DNA from: a virus
Taxonomy: Duplodnaviria; Heunggongvirae; Uroviricota; Caudoviricetes
IMG/VR virus record: IMGVR_UViG_2663763232_000002
Location: 1-9,060 of that record
Length of the DNA: 9,060 nt
Strand: one strand, 5' to 3'
The translations under genes were made by a program, and so were the position numbers. Positions 1 to 5,924 of this stretch are shown piece by piece. Under the pieces are notes generated by a model, which was not told the DNA's origin, ran no database searches, and was given only the letters and a program-made list of their open reading frames with translations. Within the stretch, counting starts at the first letter, position 1, and every line of letters starts with the position of its first letter.

Positions 1-168
1 TCAGTTGTTACGGGAAGGAATCAGGGTGGCCAGATGTACAGTGGCACGTCTCATGGCGGCTCTTACCCTGCTGGTGCTGTTGCCAGCCCTCATTTCGATG
101 CTGCTCACAGTAGCCTGAACGGTCCGTAGTCGTACCGGGACAACCTCTCTTGCGACATGCGCGAGGGA

Positions 169-402
169 TTAACGCTGGCATGGTTCAATCCTCACGGAAC
201 CGTAGAGCGTATGCCGCTTCACTTCATCGTTCTCTGCCGTCATATAACCACGCTCATCAGGAACGGCTGCGATTACTTCGCCCTTCTCATCGTCAGCAGT
301 GAAGACATGCTTAACTTCAACACCATTGAGATAAACGCTATACCGCTCTTTGCTGAGGTTTATTTTTCTTCCAGGATCATCATCTAAAACGGTTAGTCTC
401 AT
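169..402 (-). CDS. Small hypothetical phage protein (77 aa), function unknown
   Basis: ATG at 402-400 preceded by an AGGGGA Shine-Dalgarno ('AGGGGATAAGA ATG' on the minus strand). Same orientation as the Rha gene upstream. No family recognised from the sequence. Confidence 0.5.
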   Translation of the reverse strand: MRLTVLDDDPGRKINLSKERYSVYLNGVEVKHVFTADDEKGEVIAAVPDERGYMTAENDEVKRHTLYGSVRIEPCQR

Positions 403-490
403 TCTTATCCCCTACTTGGTATATTGATTATCTTATTCGCTTGAAGGGATAACCATTATCAAGCCCACCCGTAGATGGGCTTTGGAATGG

Positions 491-1045
491 TCACTTTGGC
501 AGTCCTGGGATCGATATTTGCGCCTGCTGCTCAAGCCTTTCGATTCTTGCTATGAGTTGCGGTTTTTTGATCCTGCCCCAGCGGTTCAGCAAGCGTCCTG
601 ACATACTGGCAACATCCTTTTCCTTCATGAACTCCAGCATTAACTCGTTGTGCTCTCTTTGGTATGAGTGAGCCATCTCCATCAGCCTGTCACGCATCCA
701 ATTAAATGCTTTGATAAACGCCTCTTTGATGGCGGCAGCTTTTTTGCCGGTAAACGACATGATGATGTACATCGCGCCGTCTTTGGAAATTTCATATTCA
801 ACATACTGATTACCCTTGTGTTCATAGGTAACCCGCGAAAAGTTGCTGGTTAGAAATTCATCCGAACAGTCTAGCTTTTCGATTTTCTGAATGATGTGGT
901 GATGCTGCTTGTCGAAGTAAGCTGCTACCTTGCGGGAGGTTGTGATCACGCGATTACCAGAAACAACCACCATGTCCCGGAAATCGAGATTAGCCAATTG
1001 ATGATTCATAGCGTCTTTACCTTTTAGAAAGTGAGCCTGTCTCAC
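491..1045 (-). CDS. Rha-family phage regulatory protein (antirepressor-like)
   Basis: The N-terminal segment 'VVVSGNRVITTSRKVAAYFDKQHHHIIQKIEKL...YIIMSFTGKKAAAIKEAFIKAF' matches the Phage_pRha signature as I remember it. The ORF-track start at 1045 is a GTG; an in-frame ATG at 1009-1007 with an upstream AAAGG is an alternative start. Confidence 0.7.
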   Translation of the reverse strand: MRQAHFLKGKDAMNHQLANLDFRDMVVVSGNRVITTSRKVAAYFDKQHHHIIQKIEKLDCSDEFLTSNFSRVTYEHKGNQYVEYEISKDGAMYIIMSFTGKKAAAIKEAFIKAFNWMRDRLMEMAHSYQREHNELMLEFMKEKDVASMSGRLLNRWGRIKKPQLIARIERLEQQAQISIPGLPK

Positions 1046-1157
1046 AGAAAAGCCGCCCCGAGATGGTCGCCACCATATACGGCATTTCTCAGGCTCGCTT
1101 ACTGAAAGGCTCGGGTGATGTAATATGCGCGTGAGATGCGCTGTGAAATTCAGATGT

Positions 1158-1181
1158 AAAAAAAGCCCCGCATCGCGAGGC
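1158..1181 (-). terminator. Candidate rho-independent terminator downstream of Rz/Rz1
   Basis: Minus strand reads 5'-GCCTCGC-GAT-GCGGGGC-TTTTTTT-3': a 7-bp GC-rich stem (one G.U pair), 3-nt loop, then a 7-T tract, lying 33 nt past the Rz stop. Confidence 0.45.
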
Positions 1182-1213
1182 TCATTAAATGGACTTTGTG
1201 ATTTGCAAAAGAA

Positions 1214-1681
1214 TTATTTCAGGCATTGCGTCCTGATGTATTCCTGCAGGTAGTTAACCTGCGCGGTTATCTTGTCGATTCCACTTCGGAGACGGTAATA
1301 ATTGAGTTCAGCATCTGCTGTAAGTCTTGGGCTTTCTCCATCGCCCATGCTGCTGGCTCCGGTCGTTGACTTTGCACAGGTGGCGGCGACTTGCAGCCGC
1401 TTACGGCCAGCAATGACATCGCTATGCAGACGCTCAATGGTTTCTTTCGCATCAGCCAGTTCTCCGGTGTATTTGGCATCCAGTGCAGCGACATCACGCT
1501 GGCGGGTCTGCATGTCTTTAATGGTGGCGGTCGCCAGGAGGAGTTTCTCAGTGGCCTTATCGCGCTGGTCTCTGTAAGTGATGGCGTTGTCGCGGTAGTG
1601 GTTCACGAAGAAAGCCAGTGCGCCGATTAACGCCAGCACCAGCAACTGCAGCCAGTAACGCTTAACCAGTGCGCTAATCAT
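1214..1681 (-). CDS. Rz: Spanin, inner-membrane subunit (i-spanin) Rz
   Basis: The 155-aa product has an N-terminal hydrophobic anchor followed by '[11 protein letters not shown]...[19 protein letters not shown]', closely matching lambda Rz. Its ATG overlaps the endolysin stop (ATGA at 1678-1681). Confidence 0.9.
   Translation of the reverse strand: MISALVKRYWLQLLVLALIGALAFFVNHYRDNAITYRDQRDKATEKLLLATATIKDMQTRQRDVAALDAKYTGELADAKETIERLHSDVIAGRKRLQVAATCAKSTTGASSMGDGESPRLTADAELNYYRLRSGIDKITAQVNYLQEYIRTQCLK
1267..1452 (-). CDS. Rz1: Spanin, outer-membrane lipoprotein subunit (o-spanin) Rz1, embedded in Rz in the +1 frame
   Basis: Internal ATG at 1452 gives a 61-aa product '[33 protein letters not shown]...' with a signal peptide, a lipobox (LAVSG|C) and a proline-rich mature region, as in lambda Rz1. 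It lies wholly inside Rz. The ORF-track entry 1267..1497 is the same frame with a spurious upstream extension. Confidence 0.8.
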   Translation of the reverse strand: MRKKPLSVCIAMSLLAVSGCKSPPPVQSQRPEPAAWAMEKAQDLQQMLNSIITVSEVESTR

Positions 1682-2127
1682 GACAGGAACAGAGCTCGCT
1701 CTGCCTCCCGCCGACGTGTCAGCCCATTCAGCACCTTCCCACCAGCTTTATTCCAGCGCAGGAACTCATCGGCTGCACCAGCGTAATCTCCGGCGTTGAG
1801 TTTTCGCAGGAGAGTCGATGTCGACAATGACCGCGCACCGAGGTTATACGTGAACGACACCAGGGCATCGAACTGGCCTTGTGTCAGCTTCACCCTGACA
1901 ACTTTCAGCACGTCATTCTCATAACCAACAAGCCCTGTTTTCAGAAGCCTGTCAGCGGTTTGCTGGTCGATAGTCATACCGCGCTTTACTGGCTTTCCGT
2001 CAACCGGATGGGTCCAGCCATAGCCGATGGTCCACGGCGCATCTCCCGTTCCGGGGTCGGGGTAAGCAGTCAGCCGACAACCTTCAAATTTTTTTATCAG
2101 AGCAATTCCGTCAGGACTGGTTTGCAT
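1678..2127 (-). CDS. Endolysin, T4/P22-type lysozyme (GH24 muramidase)
   Basis: Catalytic-region pattern '[22 protein letters not shown]' (Glu, then Asp 8 residues later, then Thr 5 further) and the C-terminal 'FTYNLGA....[19 protein letters not shown]....GL..RR..E' resemble phage 21/P22 lysozymes. There is no N-terminal SAR/TM segment, so it depends on the holin. The ORF-track start at 2154 is TTG; I call the ATG at 2127-2125 with an upstream GGGAG. Confidence 0.85.
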   Translation of the reverse strand: MQTSPDGIALIKKFEGCRLTAYPDPGTGDAPWTIGYGWTHPVDGKPVKRGMTIDQQTADRLLKTGLVGYENDVLKVVRVKLTQGQFDALVSFTYNLGARSLSTSTLLRKLNAGDYAGAADEFLRWNKAGGKVLNGLTRRREAERALFLS

Positions 2128-2434
2128 CGTCAACTCCCGCCTTTTTTGCTGCAAGTTTTTTAATCAAATTGCCGATCGAATCGGTGCCGATGTATCCAAT
2201 AAAGACGCTGGCTATGTAGGCGAGGTTGCTGCTCAGGCCGATAAAGTCCAGAAGGTCACGAACGAACCAGGCAATCATCGCGCACATCAGCGCATCAATT
2301 AGCGTTTTTGTTACCGCGCCGCCGTTATAGCGACCACGCAGATACGCCATGATAAAAGCCAGCATTGCACCAATACCCTGCTCCTTGGCGGCAAGTAGCG
2401 CAGCAATGAAATCTTGTTTGTATGGCATTTTCAT
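2111..2434 (-). CDS. S: Class I holin, lambda S family, with dual-start motif (holin/antiholin)
   Basis: The 107-aa product '[39 protein letters not shown]...' is near-identical in pattern to lambda S, including the Met1-Lys2-Met3 dual start. A GGAGG Shine-Dalgarno lies 8 nt upstream. The ORF-track extension to 2512 starts at a TTG and is not supported. Confidence 0.9.
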   Translation of the reverse strand: MKMPYKQDFIAALLAAKEQGIGAMLAFIMAYLRGRYNGGAVTKTLIDALMCAMIAWFVRDLLDFIGLSSNLAYIASVFIGYIGTDSIGNLIKKLAAKKAGVDDANQS

Positions 2435-2458
2435 AGGCCTCACCTCCGATTTTTCGGA
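2435..2458 (-). promoter_or_regulatory. S translation-initiation region: stem-loop overlapping the Shine-Dalgarno (sdi-like)
   Basis: Minus strand reads 5'-TCCGA-AAAA-TCGGA-GGTGAGGCCT-ATG: a 5-bp stem whose 3' arm overlaps the GGAGG Shine-Dalgarno, directly before the Met-Lys-Met dual start. This is analogous to the lambda S sdi structure that sets the S107:S105 ratio. Confidence 0.4.
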
Positions 2459-2540
2459 TGGCGCTGTGTGTGTATGAAAAGGATCAGGCTTCACTGGCTG
2501 GATTTTCAACAAAGCACGTAGTGATTGATTCCCGTGAGCC

Positions 2541-2567
2541 TGAAATAAAAAACCAGCTCAAGGCTGG
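2541..2567 (-). terminator. Candidate intrinsic terminator between the tRNA pair and S
   Basis: Minus strand reads 5'-CCAGC-CTTGA-GCTGG-TTTTTTATTT-3': a 5-bp stem (4 G:C), 5-nt loop and 6-T tract. The stem is short, so strength is uncertain. Confidence 0.4.
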
Positions 2568-2623
2568 AATGTTAGGGTGTGGCAATGTCAGCTCTGCGGC
2601 TGAAGATACCCTGGCTGGGTTTT

Positions 2624-2699
2624 TGGTGCCGGTTAACGGATTTGAACCGCTACCTATTCACTTACAAGGCGACCGCTCTACCATTGGAGCTAAACCAGC
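2624..2699 (-). tRNA. tRNA-Thr (anticodon UGU), phage-encoded
   Basis: Hand-folded 76-nt cloverleaf on the minus strand: acceptor GCTGGTT/AACCGGC (one G.U), U8, D-arm GCTC-CAATGGTA-GAGC with G18G19, anticodon loop CU-UGU-AA, T-arm AGCGG-TTCAAAT-CCGTT, discriminator A, encoded CCA. Deviations: C where A14 is expected and a G:A at 27:43. Confidence 0.55.
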
Positions 2700-2704
2700 A
2701 TGTT

Positions 2705-2779
2705 TGGCGGGACAGCGTGGACTCGAACCACGATAAGAAGGTTAACAGCCTTCCGTAATGACCTTTATACGACTGACCC
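2705..2779 (-). tRNA. tRNA-Asn (anticodon GUU), phage-encoded
   Basis: Hand-folded 75-nt cloverleaf on the minus strand: anticodon arm GAAGG-CUGUUAA-CCTTC (same loop as E. coli tRNA-Asn), T-arm CGTGG-TTCGAGT-CCACG, 4-nt variable loop, discriminator G, encoded CCA. The acceptor stem GGGTCAG/CTGTCCC has a U4:U69 mismatch and the D-stem has a 13:22 mismatch. It sits 5 nt upstream of the tRNA-Thr. Confidence 0.6.
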
Positions 2780-2783
2780 AAAT

Positions 2784-2825
2784 AAAAAAAGCCACCGTTG
2801 CAACTTAAGAGTCACTAACGGCAGC
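2784..2825 (-). terminator. Candidate tR'-like leader terminator between Q and the tRNAs
   Basis: Minus strand reads 5'-GCTGCCGTT-(17-nt loop AGTGACTCTTAAGTTGC)-AACGGTGGC-TTTTTTTATTT: a 9-bp stem (7 Watson-Crick plus 2 G.U) followed by a 7-T tract. The T tract ends 4 nt before the tRNA-Asn 5' end. Confidence 0.45.
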
Positions 2826-2829
2826 TTAT

Positions 2830-2866
2830 GCGAATAGTGTTGCTCATTTGCTCAATGATGTCAACA
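2830..2866 (-). promoter_or_regulatory. Candidate late promoter pR' / Q-utilisation region
   Basis: A perfect -35 hexamer TTGACA on the minus strand at 2864-2859, seven nt after the Q stop. No convincing -10 at 16-19 bp spacing (AACACT, ACACTA and CACTAT are the options). The position, directly downstream of Q and upstream of a leader terminator, matches lambdoid pR'. Confidence 0.3.
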
Positions 2867-2870
2867 CGTT

Positions 2871-3359
2871 CTATGCTACATGTTTAATTTTCTCTACACG
2901 TTTCCGGTTTTTAAACGCACTATCCAGAACTGGGTAAATCATAAACAACGAAGCATTGAGGATTTCGTCAACTTCCCGGCGACAGGTTGCGAGCGATGGT
3001 TTTTGAATACGCCCGCCGCCCCGGCATAACATCTTGCGAGGTCTTGCGACACGATGATAGTAAGATGCAATGGCATGCTTGGAAGATCCATGAGCGTAGT
3101 AGCTGAGGAGGATGCCAAAGGCTTTCTTGTCAATGCACATGACGGAATCGACGACCTGAGAAATCAACATTCCATCATCATCATTACACATTGGCCTTGT
3201 CATAACTCTTCCCGGCTCTACGCTCTCCATGAACTTCGCTATTACGCTGCTCATGCGCTTTTCCAGACGACCTGAATAAACCCATGCGCCCCACAGTTCA
3301 AGCCAGCCATTCAGCCAATCGTGCTGTTCTTTGGTGAGGTTTAGTTCTCTTATGCTCAT
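2871..3359 (-). CDS. Q: Late-gene antiterminator Q (Q family of E. coli lambdoid prophages, not lambda-Q type by sequence)
   Basis: The 162-aa product 'WLELWGAWVYSGRLEKR...MTRPMCNDDDGML...SYYAHGSS...RRE' matches, from memory, the Q antiterminators of E. coli lambdoid prophages. Position is canonical, between ninH and the lysis cassette. The ATG overlaps the ninH stop (ATGA, 3356-3359). Confidence 0.75.
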   Translation of the reverse strand: MSIRELNLTKEQHDWLNGWLELWGAWVYSGRLEKRMSSVIAKFMESVEPGRVMTRPMCNDDDGMLISQVVDSVMCIDKKAFGILLSYYAHGSSKHAIASYYHRVARPRKMLCRGGGRIQKPSLATCRREVDEILNASLFMIYPVLDSAFKNRKRVEKIKHVA

Positions 3360-3544
3360 CGTCTTCCCCTCTTGCCCTGTTTGACCATCAGGACGCCGTT
3401 AACTATTACGTGACGCTCGCCTTTGCTGTCTCGGTTGTACTTGAGCACTGTTCCTCTTGCGCAGGAAAGCATCCTTGCCACTTCGGTCTGATTGCCTCGT
3501 GTCTGGATAAGAAGCTCTGGTATCGTTTGAATTGTGGCGTTCAT
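3356..3544 (-). CDS. ninH: NinH (small HTH DNA-binding protein)
   Basis: '..TIPELLIQTRGNQTEVARMLSCARGTVLKY..D.KGE.HVIVNGVLMV' aligns with lambda NinH ('KTIPDMLVEAYGNQTEVARRLKCSRGTVRKY...HAIVNDVLMV'). ATGA overlap with rusA at 3541-3544. Confidence 0.85.
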   Translation of the reverse strand: MNATIQTIPELLIQTRGNQTEVARMLSCARGTVLKYNRDSKGERHVIVNGVLMVKQGKRGRR

Positions 3545-3903
3545 ACGTTCTCCAGTTCGGTGATTTTTATTCCAAGCCGTCCGCCTGGTACTTTCACGCC
3601 ACGAATTACGCGAATGTCATCGAATTGCTCGTCGTCTTCCGCAAATCCTGCGTGGATAAGGGAATCGAGTAAACCCTTCAGGATGTTATCGAGGTCGCGG
3701 CGGCGGGAGTCTGGAACGTCTGCGATGACTTTGATGCGGAGTCTTGATTTGGTGAAAATGTCTAACTTGAGTTGGCGGATGATTTGCTGAACGTCTTTTC
3801 GGTATTTCTGGCCTTTATCGCTGATGTAGTATTGGCTTCCCCGTCTTCGCCAGTAGGTGTTCACCGACGGCTGGTAAGGAAGCACAAACTGATATTCGTT
3901 CAT
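3541..3903 (-). CDS. rusA: Holliday-junction resolvase RusA
   Basis: The 120-aa product 'YQFVLPYQPSVNTYWRRRG...IADVPDSRRRDLDNILKGLLDSLIHAGF..DD.Q..D.RV......GGRL.I.ITE' shows the RusA family motifs (catalytic Asp cluster RRRDLDN). ATGA overlap with the upstream gene. Confidence 0.9.
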   Translation of the reverse strand: MNEYQFVLPYQPSVNTYWRRRGSQYYISDKGQKYRKDVQQIIRQLKLDIFTKSRLRIKVIADVPDSRRRDLDNILKGLLDSLIHAGFAEDDEQFDDIRVIRGVKVPGGRLGIKITELENV

Positions 3904-4190
3904 GGCTTAATCTTCCCCTCCTTCAGCAGGATCGCCTGCGTCCTGATCACGCCTTCGAGGTGATAAAGTCTGGCGTCTTTGTTGTCGAGGTTATGGGTGC
4001 GTCGGTCGATCTCCGCGTGGCAGTCACTACAAGCCCATGTGCCGATCAGGTCGGCAGGCTTCATTCCCGTTCCGCAAATTCCAGCCATCCGGTAATGCGC
4101 CAGAACTGTAGTTTCAGGATTACCATTGCATATGCCGTAAATACGTACCTGGCATTCTCTGCCGCGCGCTTCTTTGCGTAGGTTAGCCAT
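3900..4190 (-). CDS. ybcO: YbcO-like DUF1364 protein (putative Zn-binding nuclease)
   Basis: 'MANLRKEARGRECQVRIYGICNGNPETTVLAHYRMAGICGTG.KP.DL....ACSDCHAEIDRRTH' closely matches DLP12 YbcO as I recall it, and sits directly upstream of rusA as in DLP12. Confidence 0.8.
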   Translation of the reverse strand: MANLRKEARGRECQVRIYGICNGNPETTVLAHYRMAGICGTGMKPADLIGTWACSDCHAEIDRRTHNLDNKDARLYHLEGVIRTQAILLKEGKIKP

Positions 4191-4459
4191 TATGGTTCAC
4201 TCCAGTAATTCTCAATTGCAGCAGCCATTCTCTGCATCCACTCAGCCAGCTTTAACGCGGCTTCTCTTTCAGAACCACATTTAGGGAAATCCTTCATTTC
4301 CATGCTGGCCTTATATGTTCTGAATGCCAGGTCTCCGGTAATAACCAGCTCCTGATCAAGCACCGAGCGTTTATTCCGGTGTTGAACGTAATAGACAGAT
4401 TCAGTCCGCATTTCTTCTCTGTCTTTTTTGAAGGAAATAAGCTCAGAGAAATCATTCAT
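4190..4459 (-). CDS. Hypothetical nin-region protein (89 aa)
   Basis: Clean ATG at 4459-4457; an 8-nt start/stop overlap with ninF upstream and a 1-nt overlap with the ybcO-like gene downstream show it is embedded in the translationally coupled operon. No recognisable family. It occupies the slot that ninG/rap holds in lambda. Confidence 0.6.
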   Translation of the reverse strand: MNDFSELISFKKDREEMRTESVYYVQHRNKRSVLDQELVITGDLAFRTYKASMEMKDFPKCGSEREAALKLAEWMQRMAAAIENYWSEP

Positions 4460-4622
4460 CGTCTTCTTCCTCGTACATTGAGCTATTCGGATCGCTCATC
4501 AGTTCTGCGCAGCAATCGGAGCACACGTGAACTTCCAGCACATACAGCTTCTGACCGCAGTTAGCGCACGTTAAAGCCCGCTCGACGCTTTCTTGTTCGT
4601 AACTTCGATTTGGGTCAATCAC
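4452..4622 (-). CDS. ninF: NinF (56 aa), absent from the ORF track because it is under 60 aa
   Basis: Manual translation of the minus strand gives '(V/M)[55 protein letters not shown]', matching lambda NinF ('...[45 protein letters not shown].'). GTG start at 4622-4620 with a GAGGAAAA Shine-Dalgarno 8 nt upstream; GTGA overlap with the ninE stop. Confidence 0.7.
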   Translation of the reverse strand: MIDPNRSYEQESVERALTCANCGQKLYVLEVHVCSDCCAELMSDPNSSMYEEEDDE

Positions 4623-4801
4623 CTTGTTTTCCTCGCACGTTCTCTAAGCCACCGGATATCCCACAGGTGAGCCGTGTAGTTGAAGGTTTTTACGTCAGAT
4701 TCTTTTGGGATTGGCTTGCGTTTATTTCTGGAGCGTTTCGTTGGAAGGTATTTGCAGTTTTCGCAGATGATGTCGGTGATACTTCGTCGCTGTCGTCTCA
4801 T
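4619..4801 (-). CDS. ninE: NinE (60 aa)
   Basis: Internal ATG at 4801-4799 with an AGGAGG Shine-Dalgarno 5 nt upstream gives '[60 protein letters not shown]', matching lambda-type NinE from memory. The ATG overlaps the methyltransferase stop (ATGA, 4798-4801). The ORF-track 90-aa version is a spurious 5' extension. Confidence 0.75.
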   Translation of the reverse strand: MRRQRRSITDIICENCKYLPTKRSRNKRKPIPKESDVKTFNYTAHLWDIRWLRERARKTR

Positions 4802-5343
4802 GCCGCCCTCCTGACGCCCTGCCCGATCGCCATCAATGCCACTTTGGATACGGTAGTAAACATCCGTCGAGGACTGATGAACGGTCGCCAAATCAGCAGC
4901 ATGGAGCCTTTGCTGTTTCCCTTTTTCTCCAGCCCTGTCGATGGTTCGATAAAATTAATCCGTCCATCAGTGATAATACGAACTTCGTCAACACTCTCCA
5001 GAGCCTTGCTGAACCATCCGACTGACATATCCTCTGGCACAAGCATCACTACCGTCTGTCGCTGTTGTATGCACTGCTCAGCGGCTTTTTCCACCCACGG
5101 CCTGATATTGCTGTACGGTGGGTTATTCCAGATTGCACCGTGGCTTATCCACTCAGAATTGAGCGCGTTGTCAGCCTCAGTTAGCCAGTGAGCGCACAGA
5201 GCATTTTTGTCGCTCGCTGCCGAATCCAGCCAGAATCCAAACTCAATATCCAGTGCATCAAAAAGCCAGAGCGGCGTTTGCCAGCAGTCCTTGTCGTGTG
5301 CTGGCGTATTTGATTTGATAGTCATGCAGCCCGATCTCCCCAT
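4798..5343 (-). CDS. Phage DNA N6-adenine methyltransferase (Dam-like, orphan)
   Basis: '[28 protein letters not shown].......L...W....[17 protein letters not shown].......Q.VVMLVP' carries the NPPY catalytic motif IV and matches the phage Dam (PF05869-type) pattern. No cognate restriction gene is adjacent. An alternative ATG at 5325 overlaps the HNH stop as ATGA and may be the true start. Confidence 0.85.
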   Translation of the reverse strand: MGRSGCMTIKSNTPAHDKDCWQTPLWLFDALDIEFGFWLDSAASDKNALCAHWLTEADNALNSEWISHGAIWNNPPYSNIRPWVEKAAEQCIQQRQTVVMLVPEDMSVGWFSKALESVDEVRIITDGRINFIEPSTGLEKKGNSKGSMLLIWRPFISPRRMFTTVSKVALMAIGQGVRRAA

Positions 5344-5924
5344 CTCGCTTTCATTTTTTCATTTGCAAATCGCCAGAATCTTCCTTTGTGATATGAGCTT
5401 TCGCCATTACAGCAACGACTAATTGACGAACTATCAAATCCTTCTCTGACAGCATCCATAGCTGCTTCATAATAAACCTCCTCCCCAGTTTTCATGTCAG
5501 TAGAAATAACAGCTTTACTGGCAGGATGGTCACCACTAAATTTACCTAGCGATATAGGTATTCTTCCATTTTGTTTATATCCGTGTTTTGAGTTTTCAGA
5601 ATGTGATACCCATTCAAGGTTATCAGCCCTATTGTCATCTCTTCGCCCATTTTTGTGATTAACTACCAAGCCATCACAGAACCCTGTACAGAATGCTTTC
5701 GCAACTATCCTGTGGGCGCTGTATTTCTTACCGTATACCTTTATTTGAAGATATCCTGTCGACTTGCACTTGAATGGTTTTACACTAGTGCCATTAATTA
5801 TTTTCTTATATGGCCTCTGTCTGGTTGATGTTACTGTAACTTCCCTCGTAATAGACCTAAAATTTCCTTTATTGCTAACCTGATAAAATGGAATCCCTTC
5901 GATATCTACCCAAACCTCAATCAT
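5322..5924 (-). CDS. Free-standing HNH homing endonuclease (NUMOD4 + HNH_3-type)
   Basis: N-terminal NUMOD4-like 'EVWVDIEGIPFYQVSNKGNFRSI'; HNH core 'H-KNG-RRD-DN-RAD-NL-EWVSHSE-N-SK-H'; C-terminal 'F.S...AA...G.....IS.CC.G...S..G..WRF', typical of phage HNH endonuclease DNA-binding tails. GGAGG Shine-Dalgarno before the ATG at 5924. The gene body is markedly AT-rich. Confidence 0.85.
   Translation of the reverse strand: MIEVWVDIEGIPFYQVSNKGNFRSITREVTVTSTRQRPYKKIINGTSVKPFKCKSTGYLQIKVYGKKYSAHRIVAKAFCTGFCDGLVVNHKNGRRDDNRADNLEWVSHSENSKHGYKQNGRIPISLGKFSGDHPASKAVISTDMKTGEEVYYEAAMDAVREGFDSSSISRCCNGESSYHKGRFWRFANEKMKARWGDRAA

Noticed and set aside
1-129. Open plus-strand frame running from the window start to a TAG at 127-129 (possible C-terminus of a gene to the left), and a 30-aa minus-strand ORF at 1-93
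   Set aside because: Both are short, with no recognisable motif and no ribosome-binding site; GC-rich DNA often gives such open frames. Left unannotated; extending the window leftwards would settle it.
463-485. Hairpin AAGCCCA-ccgtaga-TGGGCTT after the Rha stop, as a possible terminator
   Set aside because: There is no U tract on the minus (transcribed) strand after the stem, so it is not a convincing intrinsic terminator; it may be an RNA stability element.
2128-2154. 5' extension of the endolysin to the ORF-track start at 2154
   Set aside because: The start at 2154 is a TTG; the ATG at 2127 has a GGGAG Shine-Dalgarno and leaves the conserved lysozyme N-terminus intact.
2435-2512. 5' extension of the holin ORF to the ORF-track start at 2512
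   Set aside because: The start at 2512 is a TTG with no ribosome-binding site, whereas the ATG at 2434 has a GGAGG Shine-Dalgarno and recreates the conserved Met-Lys-Met dual start.
2607-2625. ACCC-tggct-GGGT followed by TTTTT on the plus strand, as a possible plus-strand terminator
   Set aside because: Only a 4-bp stem, and no plus-strand gene to terminate; most likely coincidental sequence next to the tRNA 3' end.
2458-2736. 92-aa plus-strand ORF across the Q-S intergenic region
   Set aside because: It overlaps both tRNA genes and the terminator on the opposite strand; the translation is an artefact of the tRNA sequences.
4610-5191. 193-aa plus-strand ORF
   Set aside because: It lies antisense to the well-supported Dam methyltransferase and ninE genes, and its product is low-complexity and Ser/Pro-rich with no motif. 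Treated as a spurious shadow ORF.
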